Shown piece by piece: positions 1-11,509 of a stretch of DNA of 50,358 nucleotides; the stretch's first letter is position 1; the number at the start of each line of letters is the position of its first letter. The notes beneath the pieces are model-generated. The model saw only the letters and a program-made list of their open reading frames with translations. It made no database searches and had not been told where the DNA came from. The DNA comes from Selaginella moellendorffii (taxonomy: Eukaryota; Plantae; Lycopodiophyta), in NCBI RefSeq assembly GCF_000143415.4, contig NW_003314467.1:11824-62181 (forward strand). Direction: 5' to 3'. The translations under genes and the position numbers were made by a program.

Positions 1-104
1 TTCTTTTAAAGCAGTGATTTTTGGTACAAAGACAGTATCTAAGATGTTGTCTATCAACCTGAAGGTTTCCGAGTTCTCTGCTAGTGAAAGAAATCCAGAC
101 TGGT

Positions 105-460
105 GACTTCTATTACCCAGCATGTGTGAAGGTTGTCAATGGAAGGCAATGTGGTAAGAAGGTTACTCAAGGTTCAGAAAGTATGTGGCAATGCAACTCT
201 TGTGACACTGATTCTGGAGATATTTGGTTCAAATATGCACTACACTTGTGATTTTGGACAGCACTAGACATATATGAGTGGTTGCATTTGATGATGCTGC
301 TAATAAAATTGTAGGGATGCTTGCATGTAAGATTGTGGGATTAATCCCACAATCTTACATGCAAGCATCCCTATTTTTTTTTGCCGTAATGGATATTTGA
401 TCAAAGATGTACAATCTGAAAATTCACTGCAAGCTCGAGAGCTATAGAGAAGAATTTGAC
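105..460 (+). pseudogene. RPA1/RPA70 C-terminal OB-fold/zinc-ribbon-like fragment (probably Helitron-borne)
   Basis: Manual translation FYYPACVKVVNGRQCGKKV...WQCNSCD...FKYALHL* then, after a frameshift, VAFDDAANKIVG; matches the RPA70 DBD-C C4 zinc ribbon pattern. Contains stops and a frameshift. Confidence 0.7.
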
Positions 461-2071
461 TTCATTTATGTATATATTCATATTTTATGAGAAAATTATA
501 GTATGATATGTTGTACTCTTAGTGTAATGCATTGATTGATGTGACCATAAAGAATTCATAAACCCTAATTTTCTTCAATGAAAATACTTAATGCTAACAC
601 AAATTTAATGATTTGTTTTGCAATTTTTTTTCCTTCTATGTAAATTAATTTAAAAACTTAAAAAGATATACCTTTTGCATTTACTCTCTTGAAGAGTTAT
701 TTAAAATAATAAGGTTTTCTCCAAAAATTTTGGCATTTGAAAGATGAAGAAATAAAGAAAAAATAAATAAGAAAACTAAATAGCCAGGTAAAACTAAAAA
801 TAATGACATCTAATCAACATGAGTATATAATTGTGTATCTAAATTTCATTATATTATTTAGTGTCAGTAATGTATTAGTCAGATTCTCTAACTAATTGTA
901 GTAATACTTCAAGAATTAACAAATTCCGGCTACACTACAATTTCTTTGTGTACATTAGCTTCACTACTTTTTCATCAGTTAGTATTACAAGTTTTGGACA
1001 TTCATTTTTGATGGATTAGCAAAGGGTTTAAAGCTTATATCCTTAATACAATGCTCTGCTAAAATGTTTAGATTTTAATTATTAATATAATAATGTTATT
1101 TTATATATTTATTCTTAATATTTCTTACTAGATTGATGTACTTGTAGTGTTATATAACTAATTGAAATCAACAGTGATATGCTTTAATTAACAACAATTC
1201 CATCTAAGAAAAAACTCAATTAGCTTCTCTGCAAATCTGAAGAACACTAAACCCACTATGAAGAAAATCACTCAAAACTTTTCACCATGATTCTTTCTAT
1301 ATTTAATTCTATAGTATTATAATCTATTTATTTTATATTAATCTTATATTTTAGATCAACTTCTACAAAATATTTACATGATTTTCTTAAATATGATTAG
1401 TCCACTTAAATTATCAATATATTCTTACCTTTATAAAATATATGCATGAAAAAATTTCACAAAAGAAATCATGATGATTTGGTTGTAGCTTTGCGTTATT
1501 GGCATTCATGCATTTGCTAGTTAGCAACTATATTGACGTTCAAATGAACTGAGTGGTAAATGTAGTTAGTTATGTTCTAGACAAGATTGTTTAGTAGGGG
1601 TTGAGCGTTAGCTTTTCCTTGAAAAGTGATTTAGTCGTGGACAACGCTAACTCTACGAAAGGAAGAGTTAGTGATTGATAATGGTATGTTTGAATCCTTA
1701 TTGAATCTAAGCTGGAATATATCAATCATTAATGATTCTTCTTGTGCTTATTATTCAGTGAGTTACATCTTGCTATAAATGGATTCATAGAGGATCGATT
1801 ACATGATTACTTGTTGAGCATAACTTCGTTATGCTTAGTTTTTCGGTTCATGCAAATATACTCTTCATTAACTTTGGCATTATGAAGTTTGGTTTATAGA
1901 TGTGTTAAAGAGGATATTATGGATTGTGCTATGATTTCTTCTTTAGCATTGAAGTTGGTTCATATGTGACTCGTGATCCTCTATATTCCTTTTGATGCAG
2001 AGACATAGCAGTAGTTTCTAAAAGCCTCTATTTCATCCCAATCTGGCACTTGTTTAGGTGTTGAGTTCTTA

Positions 2072-2870
2072 TCCCTTCGAAGGCGTACCTCTGACAATCA
2101 TGTCCCTTGTATATGTATTTGAATATATACTTGACACTTTTTACAGTGGAACACACCTTGACATTTATGTGTACTCTGTATTTACTCACTCCTTAATCTT
2201 AGTTCCACAATTTGCATAGGTTATCCAGTTTAGACTATCAAGAATCAAGAACAGACCTAAAGTGTTTTCTCTTGCACAAGAGTGAGTTTAGCGTATCATT
2301 TATGGATAAGGGAAATAGCCATATATGTTCCATTTAAGTGATAAAATAACAAACTCTGGTAAGTGCTTCTCTATCATTTTCTTTTGATTTTTTCTTTGTT
2401 TTATCTATCTAAGTTTAGCAGTATGAGCTATAAAAGAAATCAGCTCAATAGGTGAGTTTCAAGAATTTTACTCTTAGCAAAGATGGTGCATTCTGTGTTG
2501 CAAAACTTGCAGAGTGTATCATTGCCACAAAACCGTTGGACCAATAACACTGCATTGCCATACTCAAAACTTAATTTAATTTTGAATTTACACTCATCCA
2601 ACTTAACATCTTTGTGAAGTATGTGTTTATCATTTTCTTCTTTAATCTCTGTTTTATAGATGGCCTTCATTGTCTTTAGTCTTTATTAGTTTATTTCCTT
2701 GTCATATTTGGTTATGCTAGATGATCAAAAAATTTCCAAATTCTGAAGATGTAACAATAATAAGTATAAATAAGTTAAGAAAGAGATGAATAGAGTAAAA
2801 AATTACTGTTTCTTCAAGCTCCTAAGTTTGAGAAAACCCCTCCTTGTAACTGTGACTCCATTCTAAAAGG
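2072..2870. repeat. Duplicated Helitron-derived segment (second copy at ~31712-32780)
   Basis: Near-identical to 31712-32780 apart from internal deletions; the first ~120 bp encode (minus) HINVKVCSTVKSVKYI.KYIYKGHD, a Helitron Rep motif. Confidence 0.85.
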
Positions 2871-3614
2871 GATAGTTAGCAATCGTTTTAAAAAAAAAAA
2901 AACACAAACATGAAAAGTAAAATATTTGTCCTTTCTTCATGCTCCCTCAGTTGATGAATAGCTTTAGTATCATTTATTGTACAAGAGTTAATGATATAGA
3001 AAATAGACCTATCTTAATCCTTATATGGAAATAAAAATGTTTTCTATTCTATGTCTTCTTCCACAATCGTACAATTGACCTCTTCTAGAATAAGAGTTCT
3101 ATCTTTGGAAGCATGCAAGAATTGATTTCAGTTCTGATGAAAATTGGGTTCTCTTTGGTTCAAGAGAATGTATATCTATAGTTCCTGGATTAACCACACT
3201 AATTTTTTTGCTGATTGTGACATTTGAATAACATATCATATATGATTCAAAAGTATGACATTCCAAGACTTTATTTGCTGCTAAATGAGTGTTTTGGGAA
3301 ATTAGTCTATTATCATCATTATTTAGAGCATTTAATGAGTCATCGATTGTATCAACATCCTTCAATGTTCAAACATTATAGATGATGTGTTTTGACTGAG
3401 CTTCAGCTTGTTCAGATTTGAATTCTAGTTTTTAAATTAATCTACACATGACAATTACATAAATCTAGTTTTGCTTGTAAAACTTTTTTGTTTATTGTAA
3501 TTTGACCATTTGAGAATTTTGTTGTTTGTTTTCATCATCCAGTAGTGATGATGTATATCTTTCAGATCTTTTATCTAAAATTTATAATTGCCTTTTTAGT
3601 GTAAAGATTGATAG

Positions 3615-4668
3615 TGTAAGCCACAAATTTTTCCTTTCTAATTTGCCAGCTTACCATGTCTACCCATCCAACACTGCTTTGACTTTTGCTAATTTCCCTC
3701 GCCAAGGTTCCTGCCTATGGTACCAACTCCTACTTGGTCCTACTTGGTTTTAGCTACTCACTGCACGAGCAATGGAGTGTTAGCCATCCGTCCACGGATT
3801 CCCAAATCTCTTTTAATCCCCTTCCTCGGGTTAGACTGGACTTAAGGTTCGGCTACACTCCCCGCAGGCACAAGCAACCAAGCACACCAAGCCTCCAGGT
3901 TCCTAACACCCCTTGGTACCATAAGACTTGATCATGGGACCCTCTAAATCCTAAGTCTTGGGTGCAACACTTGCTTTGGGACGCTGGGGCGAAACACCGT
4001 GGCCTAATAGGCCGGTATGGGTACCTCTACCCCCCCCACTTCCATCATGAAGGAAGGCCCAAGCCCCTATGAAGGGCGAGGACCAATGAGCCACATGGTA
4101 CTCAAATGGGGCACCACTCCATATGAGTCGGGAGCACTACAGTCAGTTTCCCTTTCGGGAGTGGGAGCTGCTCTTGAGCACTTCTCTGGGTGGCCCCTCC
4201 GGCACCACCCAAGCCCATGCTCACTCCCACCCAAGGCCCCTCGGCCCCAGTCTCAACCTCAAGTCAGTTTGGAAGCACCATTGGAGAGTTCCTTCAAGAC
4301 TGGTTCTTAGGCCTCACTATCCCTACTATACTTTTGAAACCCCCTGCAGCCCCCCCCCTCCCCTTGGGAGACGCACGCTTTGGGCTTTCACCCCTTGACC
4401 CATATTAGTACTCGGACTCGATCTCAAACTCGACTTCGGACTTGACCTCAGACTCGGTCTCGGACCCAATTTGGATCTCGGACTCTGTCTCGAACTCGGT
4501 CTCGAACTCGGCCTCGGACTCAATCCCGGACTCTATCAAGAACTCGGTCTCAGAGTTGGTCTTGGACTCGATCTTCGACTCGGTCCTATCGGATGAACTC
4601 TTTATCATTTTGGTCATGCTTTCGGGGATCCTTTAGCCTACGACACCTTGGCAAGTTGGTTCCTTACA
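3615..4668 (-). repeat. 3' LTR of Gypsy element 1 (1054 bp)
   Basis: Homologous to sequence starting at 9325; TG..CA ends; adjacent polypurine tract (minus GGGTGGTGGAG, ~4670-4680); contains a (GACTCG)n-like hexamer array at ~4410-4590. Confidence 0.93.
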
Positions 4669-5070
4669 ACTCCACCACCCATAGAAGAAGTTCGATGCCC
4701 ACATCAAACGTCTCTTTTTTATCCTACGACTTGTTGACCATGTCTCCGGGGGCATCCCCCCACTTAGCGGTGTGCCTAAGTTAGCCTCCCCGGCCAAGAG
4801 CCCATGACAATGGAATATAGGTGTCCCTATACTCCTTACCTCACCACGCCCTAGTATGGGGTCAGGATTTGAACCCAGCCTTACTTTACTAGGGGGTTGG
4901 GACTCGAACCTAACCTCCGTAGAATACGTCTATGGATTTGACATCCCCGCAGGGAGTCGGGCATAGCTCTCTATGCCTGGTCGACCTAGCTAACCCATGC
5001 TAATTAGCTTACCTTCGACGCGCCTTTGGGTCCCAACATATGCCATTGCTCAACTTCACAAATTGATACT

Positions 5071-5885
5071 TTAATTGAACTTTGCATAAGTACATAGAGT
5101 TCTGCCTTGCAAAAATTCCTCCACTAGATTTTGCGCGTTCGCTAGGTTCTCCTCCGGTTCCCATGTTGCTTTGCAGTGCAGAAATCCTTTCCACTTCACA
5201 TGGAACTCTCTCACCTTGCGTCTTTGTCGCTTGCTCTTGCACGCATTGAGGATGGCCTCGACTTTGTATTCCTCTTCCCCTTGGATAACCTCAGGTAAAG
5301 GTCTTACTTGGTCCTTGCGAAGCGGATCCTTAAAATACGGCTTGAGTAAGTTCACGTGGAACACGGGGTGCATCTTCCCCATCTCTCGAGGAAGTTGGAG
5401 ACAGTAAGCCACTTTACCGATTCGAGCCTCAATCTCATAAGGCCCCACGAACCTACTTAAGGAACTCAAGATCAATTCATTTACAAGAATACATGCATTT
5501 TTACCTTTGGGTCAACTTCCGGCTGATCCCACTTGGTAGCCTAAGGTTCTTGGTGTTCAGCCACACCTTCTCCCCAGCTTGGAACTCTACATCCCGGCGT
5601 TTCTAGGTTGCATACTTTGTTTACCTTTATTGAGCCCGTTCTAAGGAATCCCTCACTAGATTCCAAATGTTGAGTCTTTCCGCCATGAATGCCTCAATTG
5701 CGGGTAACTCTCCATGATACTCGGCCATGCCGAGTTCCACAGGACCTTCAATAGCTCGCCCATTGATGACTTCCCATGGACTCACCCCGATGCTCGAATG
5801 TGGTGAGTTGTTATAACACATTTCTGCAAGTCCCAAATGACTTACCCAATCAGTCTAGTCTCCTGATCCATAGCATCGCAAATAA
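5071..5885 (-). pseudogene. Integrase C-terminus (GPY/F motif) and chromodomain of element 1
   Basis: LAEMCYNNSPHSSIGVSP, RFVGPY, HPVFHVNLLKPY, EEEYKVEAIL...FHVKWKGF...ATWEPEENL; in-frame stops and a 52-bp insertion. Confidence 0.9.
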
Positions 5886-5889
5886 TCCT

Positions 5890-8435
5890 AGGGCTACCTT
5901 TTTTAGTTCCCCTTCTGGAACATACACCCTTGTTTGCTTGTAATATATGTGTCTGTTGCGTTCTGCATAGCCCGTTTTCTCTTCCGTTGGCAGCTCACCT
6001 CTCTGGTGAGCTTCCCATGCCTCTAGATTCCTTAGCAACACTTCTTGTGCTAGACCATCATTCTCGTATGCGGTCCGCACATCATCCCAAAAGGTTGCTA
6101 TTGCACTGGATATTGCCAACTTCAAGCTCGCTTTTTGACTTAGTGCATCTGCCACGATGTTGCTCTTCCCAGGCTTGTACAGAATCTCGCAATCAAACTC
6201 GGCCAAAACATTGGCCCACCAACCTTGTTTTCCCCTTAGGTCGGGTTGTGACAAGAAGTGTTTCGTTGCCACATTGTCTGTGTAAACTTTGAAGTGTCTC
6301 CCAAAATAGTGTCGCCACTCCTTGAGCGCCTTGACCACTGCAAACAATTCCTTCTCATGGGCAGGCCACTTTTGTTGAGCCTTGTCCAACTTTTTCAAGA
6401 AAAACGCTACTGGATGGTTGTCTTGCTTCAAAACTGCGCCTAACACAAAGTCTGAAGCATCCATTTTTACCTCAAAGTCCTTACCAAAGTTTGGTAATGC
6501 CAACACGGGAGCCTTCCTCAACTTCCCCTTGAGGTGGACGAATGCTGCCTTGCATTCTGCTGTCCATACCATCTTCCCTTTTCCCGTTTGGTCTGTTAAG
6601 GGCAAGGCTATTCTCATATAGTGTCTGATAAAATTTCAATAGTAGTTGCATAGCCCCAAGAATGCCTTAACTCGTGTACATTTGATGGTCGCTCCCAATC
6701 CTGGATCGCTTGGACCTTCTCAAGGTCCACCTTGAGCTCGTCCTTGCCCACCACATGCCCAAGAAACTTTACCTCTTGTTGAGCAAAGTCACATTTGCTC
6801 TCTTTAGCATATAGCTGGTGTTCCCTTAATTTCTCAAACACCTTCGTCAAGTATTTGGCATGCTCCTCTAGCATTTCACTATAGATCAGGATGTTGTCAA
6901 TATAGACGACCACAAAGTGATCCAGATAGGGTACAAAGATATGGTTCATCAACGCCGAAAACGTTGCCGGCGTATTGCATAGCCCGAAGGGCATCACTAG
7001 AAACTCGAATCTCCCATACCTCGTTTGACAGGTTGTCTTCTCGACATCTTCCTCTGCTACCCTGATCTAGTAATATCCTGACCTTAGGTCAATCCTCGAG
7101 AAGTATTTTGCATTTCCCAACCTATCGAACAGGTCCTCAATCCTTAGCAAAGGGTACTTGTTCTTCTTTGTATATTTGTTGAGCAATCGGTAGTCTATGC
7201 ACATGCGCATAGATCTATCTTTCTTTTTCACGAATAGCACCGGCACCCCATATGGCGACTTACTCAACCTAACATACCCTTTGTCCACCAACTCCTCTAT
7301 TTGGCGCTTGAGCTCCGTGAGTTCCTTTTCGTTTAAACGATAGGGGGGACGAACCACCGCCTCAGCACCCTCGACCAACTCAATCTTATGTTTTATCAAT
7401 CGTGCGGGGGGCAACCCCGCCGGTAGCTCCTCCGGCATGGTATCCTGGAATTGATCCAACACCCGCTGGATCACTAAAGGTACTTCTTCCGTTCCTGTCT
7501 TTTTGTCACTTCTCACCGAGAGTAAGCACAAAAATGCAGCCTTGGTCCCTTTAGTGAGTTGTCCTCTCGTGGACACCACATTCAGTCACGAATCTTTGGC
7601 CTTGCATTGCCCTACCTTTAGATCCTAGGCCTCCACCCTGGATCTTCTTCCTTGGGCATTCGCCAGTACCACAAGGTTCCTACCTTGTCCATGCAGGGCT
7701 ACCACAAACCGATTGAACCAATCCATCCTAAAGATCATGTCAAATCCCGCCATGTCCAACACGGTGAAATCCATGTCTACTTTCGAAGTCCCTACTTCGA
7801 CTCTCGCTTGTTGAAGTACCTCATCGATGCTTTGGCTACCTTGAACAAAACTTTATAGTCCTTGGTTCGCCTAGCCATTGCACCGTTAGTCCGGCTTGCC
7901 GGACTATGTCTACAGCCACAAAATTATTCGAAGCACCCGTGTCAATAAGGATCTTAACAAAGCTACCTTTGAGCTTCCCTCGGAGGGCTAGTAGATGTCG
8001 CGAACGACTCTCTACCAAAGTTGCTCGTGTAATGAGTAACTTTGAGCTAGGGACTAGATCACATACCTCAGTTTGGACTTCACCCGACTTAATGGCCATA
8101 TTGGCTCTGGCCTTCTTCGGGTAGGGACATTCCCTCGAAAAGTGTCCCGCTTCACTGCAGTTGTAGCATATAGTGTTTCCCACGCTGCTAAACGACTTGA
8201 CCTTTTTATCCGTGGGTTTGTCTCTTTTTGCTTGACTCCCCCACGTACTTGCTCGCTGGCCACCGGATTTGCCTTTCTGGAACCCCAAGGACTCATTCTT
8301 AGAGAAACTCTTCTTGAATTTCCCTTTGCTAAACGTTCCCCTTGGTTTGGCCCCTTTGCTAAACGTGGATCCCGACCCCGTCGTGTTCCTCTTTTGCAGG
8401 TTATCATTGAAATGCACCTTGATGGCCGCATCCAA
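5890..8435 (-). pseudogene. Zinc knuckle, aspartic protease, reverse transcriptase and RNase H of element 1 (fragmented pol)
   Basis: [39 protein letters not shown]...VVYIDNILIYS, DASDFVLGAVL, ADALS; stops and frameshifts between the ORFs. Confidence 0.93.
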
Positions 8436-8462
8436 CGCTTCTTTGTAGTTGGTCGGGTTCCA

Positions 8463-9240
8463 TCACATCACCTCACCGCGAGCCCAGGTTTGCAAGCCTG
8501 ATATAAAGGCATGGAACACATCTATATCCCCCATGTCCGTGACAAGTATCCTCTTTGCCATAAACCCATTCACATACTCCTGAATGGTTCCGGGCTGCTT
8601 CAACTTACTCAACTCGTCTCTTAGATGTAGAGTAGCATTCGGAGGAACGTAAGTCGCGCAGATCCTCGCCTTCATCATGTCCCAAGTGGCCATTGGTCCT
8701 TCGTTGGCCTCCGTCGTTCTCCACCAAGACTTGGTATTATCTGCCAAGTATGGTTTTGCACATGGGACCTTCTCCGAGTTCGGTAACTGCAACGGTCGGA
8801 AGCAGTCCTCCATATCATAAAACCAATCCTCCACCACCTTATAGTCGTTCACTCCCTTGAAGACCGGTGGGGGCTTTGGTTTGTACTTGGGAACTGTCTG
8901 AGGGACTGATTCCACTTTGGTCTGTTTGACCTTGTTTGGTTCTGTCTCAGTCCCTACCGAAGGGTCTGCACCTTCTACGCTGCCAGCATCTGCAGTCTTT
9001 CGCTTTTTCTTCCACTTTTTGTCACACTTTAGCTTGTGTATGAGAGTCTCCAGTAGGGCATTGGTCTGTGCCAATTGTCCTTCTAGAATGTCCAATCGAG
9101 CATTGGATGACCGCACCTCGCCACCAGACTCTTGTTTGGAAGTTTTCTCACTGAAGTCCTCCTCATGCAAGGATTCCTCATCCATAGCCTCTTGTTCGAC
9201 CAAAGGCTCCAGCTCTGAAGGAGGTTCTGTCTCCACCATG
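8463..9240 (-). pseudogene. gag (retrotrans_gag-like) of element 1
   Basis: PKPPPVFKG...VEDWFYDME...TKSWWR...TWDMMK...LKQPGTIQEY; the TGA at 8463 is in frame with the downstream zinc-knuckle ORF. Confidence 0.88.
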
Positions 9241-9308
9241 GTTTGTTCCACCTTGCCTTTGCCATTTCCCAGCAATCTGCCTCTATCCTTCGCTAGAACT
9301 AAGGAAAA

Positions 9309-9321
9309 GGCTCCGATACCA
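9309..9321 (-). promoter_or_regulatory. Primer-binding site (tRNA-iMet type) of element 1
   Basis: Minus strand TGGTATCGGAGCC a few nt inside the 5' LTR; canonical is TGGTATCAGAGC. Confidence 0.88.
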
Positions 9322-9324
9322 AAT

Positions 9325-11354
9325 TGTAAGCCACAAATTTTTCCTTTCCAATTTGCCATCTTACCTCGTCTACCCGTCCAACACTGCCTTGACTTTTGCT
9401 AAGTTCCCTCGCCAAGGTTCCTGCCTATGGTACCAACTCCTACTTGGTCCTACTTGGTTTCAGCTACTCACTGCATGAGCAACGGAGTGTTAGTCATCCG
9501 TCCATGGATTCCCAAATCTCTCCCAATCCCCCTCCCCAGGTTAGACTGGACTTAAGGTTTGGCTACACTCCCCACAAGCACAAGCAGTCAAGCACACCAA
9601 GCCTCCAGGTTCCTAACACCCCTTGGTACAACAAGACTTGATCATGGGATGCTCTAAATCCCAAGCCTTGGGTGCAACATTTGCTTCGGGATATCGGGGC
9701 GGAACACCGTGGCCTAACGGCCCGGTATAGGTACCTCTACCCCCCCACTTCTATCCCGAAGGGAAGGCCCAAGCCCCTAGGAAGGGTGAGGACCAATGAG
9801 CCACAAGGTACTCAAGTGGGGCACCACTCCACATGAGCTGAGAGCACCGCTGTTGGTTTCTCATTCGGGAGTGGGAGCTGCTCTTGAGCACTTCCCTGGG
9901 CAGCAAGAGGAAGTTGAGGGAAGTGCTCTTCTTCCTCAAGAGCAGAAGAGGAAGAAGCCCTCCGGCACCACCCAAGCCCATGCTCACTCCCACTCCTCGG
10001 CCCCAGTCTCAACCTCAGGTCAGTTTGGAAGCACCATTGGAGAGTTCCTTCAAGACTGGTTCCTGGACCTCACTATCCCTACTATACTTTTGGAAACCCC
10101 TGCAGGCCCCCGCCCCTAGGAGATGCACGCTTTGAGCTTTCACCCCTTAACCCGTATTAGTACTTGGACTTAGTCTTGGATTCGATCTCGGACTCGATCT
10201 TGGACCCAACTTCGGACTCGGTCTTGGACTCGATCTTGGACTCGATCTCAGACTTGACTTCAAACTCGACCTTGGACTCAGTCTCGGACCCGATCTCGGA
10301 CTCGATCTCGGACCCGACTTCGGACTCGGTCTCGGACTCGATCTCGGACTCGATCTTAGACTCGACTTCAAACTTGACCTTGGACTCAGTCTCGGACCCG
10401 ATTTGGATCTCGGACTCTGTCTCGAACTCGGTCTCCGATTCGGCCTCGGACTCGATCTCAGACTCTATCTTGAACTCAGTCTCAACCAATGAGCTGCATG
10501 GTACTCAAGTGGGGCACCACTCCACATGAGCCGGGAGCACCGCAGTCGGGTTCCAAAAGTATAGTAGGGATAGTGAGGTCCAGGAACTAGTCTTGAAGGA
10601 ACTCTCCAATGGTGCTTCCAAACTGACTTGAGGTTGAGACTGGGGCCGAAGGGCCTTGGGTGGGAGTGAGCATGGGCTTGGGTGGTGCCGGAGGGGCCAC
10701 CCAGGGAAGTGGTCAAGAGCAGCTCCCACTCCTGAAAGGGAAACCGACGGTGGTGCTCCTGGCTCATGTGGAGTGGTGCCCCACTTGAGTACCTTGTGGC
10801 TCATTGGTCCTCGCCCTTCCTAGGGGCTTGGGCCTTCCCTTCGGGATGGAAGTGAGGGGGTAGAGGTACCCATACCGGGCCGTTAGGCCACAGTGTTCCG
10901 CCCCGATGTCCCAAAGCAAATGTTGCACCCAAGGGTTAGAATTTAGAGGGTCCCATGATCAAGTCTTGTTATACCAAGGGGTGTTAGGAACCTAGAGGTT
11001 TGGTGTGCTTAGCTGCTTGTGCCTGCAAGGAGTGTAGCCGAACCTTAAGTCCAGTCTAACCCGGGGAGGGGGATTGGGAGAGATTTGGGAATCTGTGGAT
11101 GGATGGCTAACGCTCCATTGCTCGTGCAGTGAGTAACTGAAACCAAGTAGGACCAAGTAGGAGCTGGTACAATAAGTGGGAACCTTGGCGAGAGGACTTA
11201 GCACAAGCCAAGGCAGTGTTGGTCGGATAGACGAGGTAAGCTGGCAAATTGGAAAGGAAAAATTTGTGGCTTACTCCGATGAACTCTTTGTCATTTTGGT
11301 CATGCTTTCGGGGATCCTTTAGCCTACGACACCTTAGCAAGTTGATTCCTTACA
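9325..11354 (-). repeat. Rearranged 5' LTR of element 1 with an internal inverted LTR segment (~10548-11274)
   Basis: Forward LTR 9325-10485 with an expanded GACTCG array (10160-10485), a short re-duplication 10485-10548, a reverse-complement copy of the LTR's first ~725 bp, then the normal LTR end 11275-11354. Confidence 0.88.
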
Positions 11355-11509
11355 GATAGTTATACCTTGGAGATCATCAAACTCCACAAATACTTTTATA
11401 TGGGCATGGAATATTTTCTTTATATATAGCCTTTCATTTATTGGTAACAAAAGTAATATTGTTGCAAATAAGAAGTTATTACAAACATTTAGAATTATAA
11501 AAAGGATTC

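Larger units (their letters stand above)
3615..11354 (-). mobile_element. Ty3/Gypsy chromovirus-type LTR retrotransposon (degenerate)
   Basis: TGTAAG...CTTACA termini; 5-bp TSD GATAG (3610-3614, 11355-11359); PBS, PPT and gag-PR-RT-RH-INT-chromodomain order on the minus strand. Confidence 0.95.

Noticed and set aside
4375-4395. Hammerhead ribozyme (retrozyme) in the LTR motif
   Set aside because: A GAAA stem-loop is present but I found no CUGANGA core at the required position.
10147-10529. Ser/Asp/Glu-rich ORFs (also 4326-4636 and 12570-13065)
   Set aside because: Translations of the GACTCG hexamer arrays in LTR-derived DNA; no evidence of real genes.
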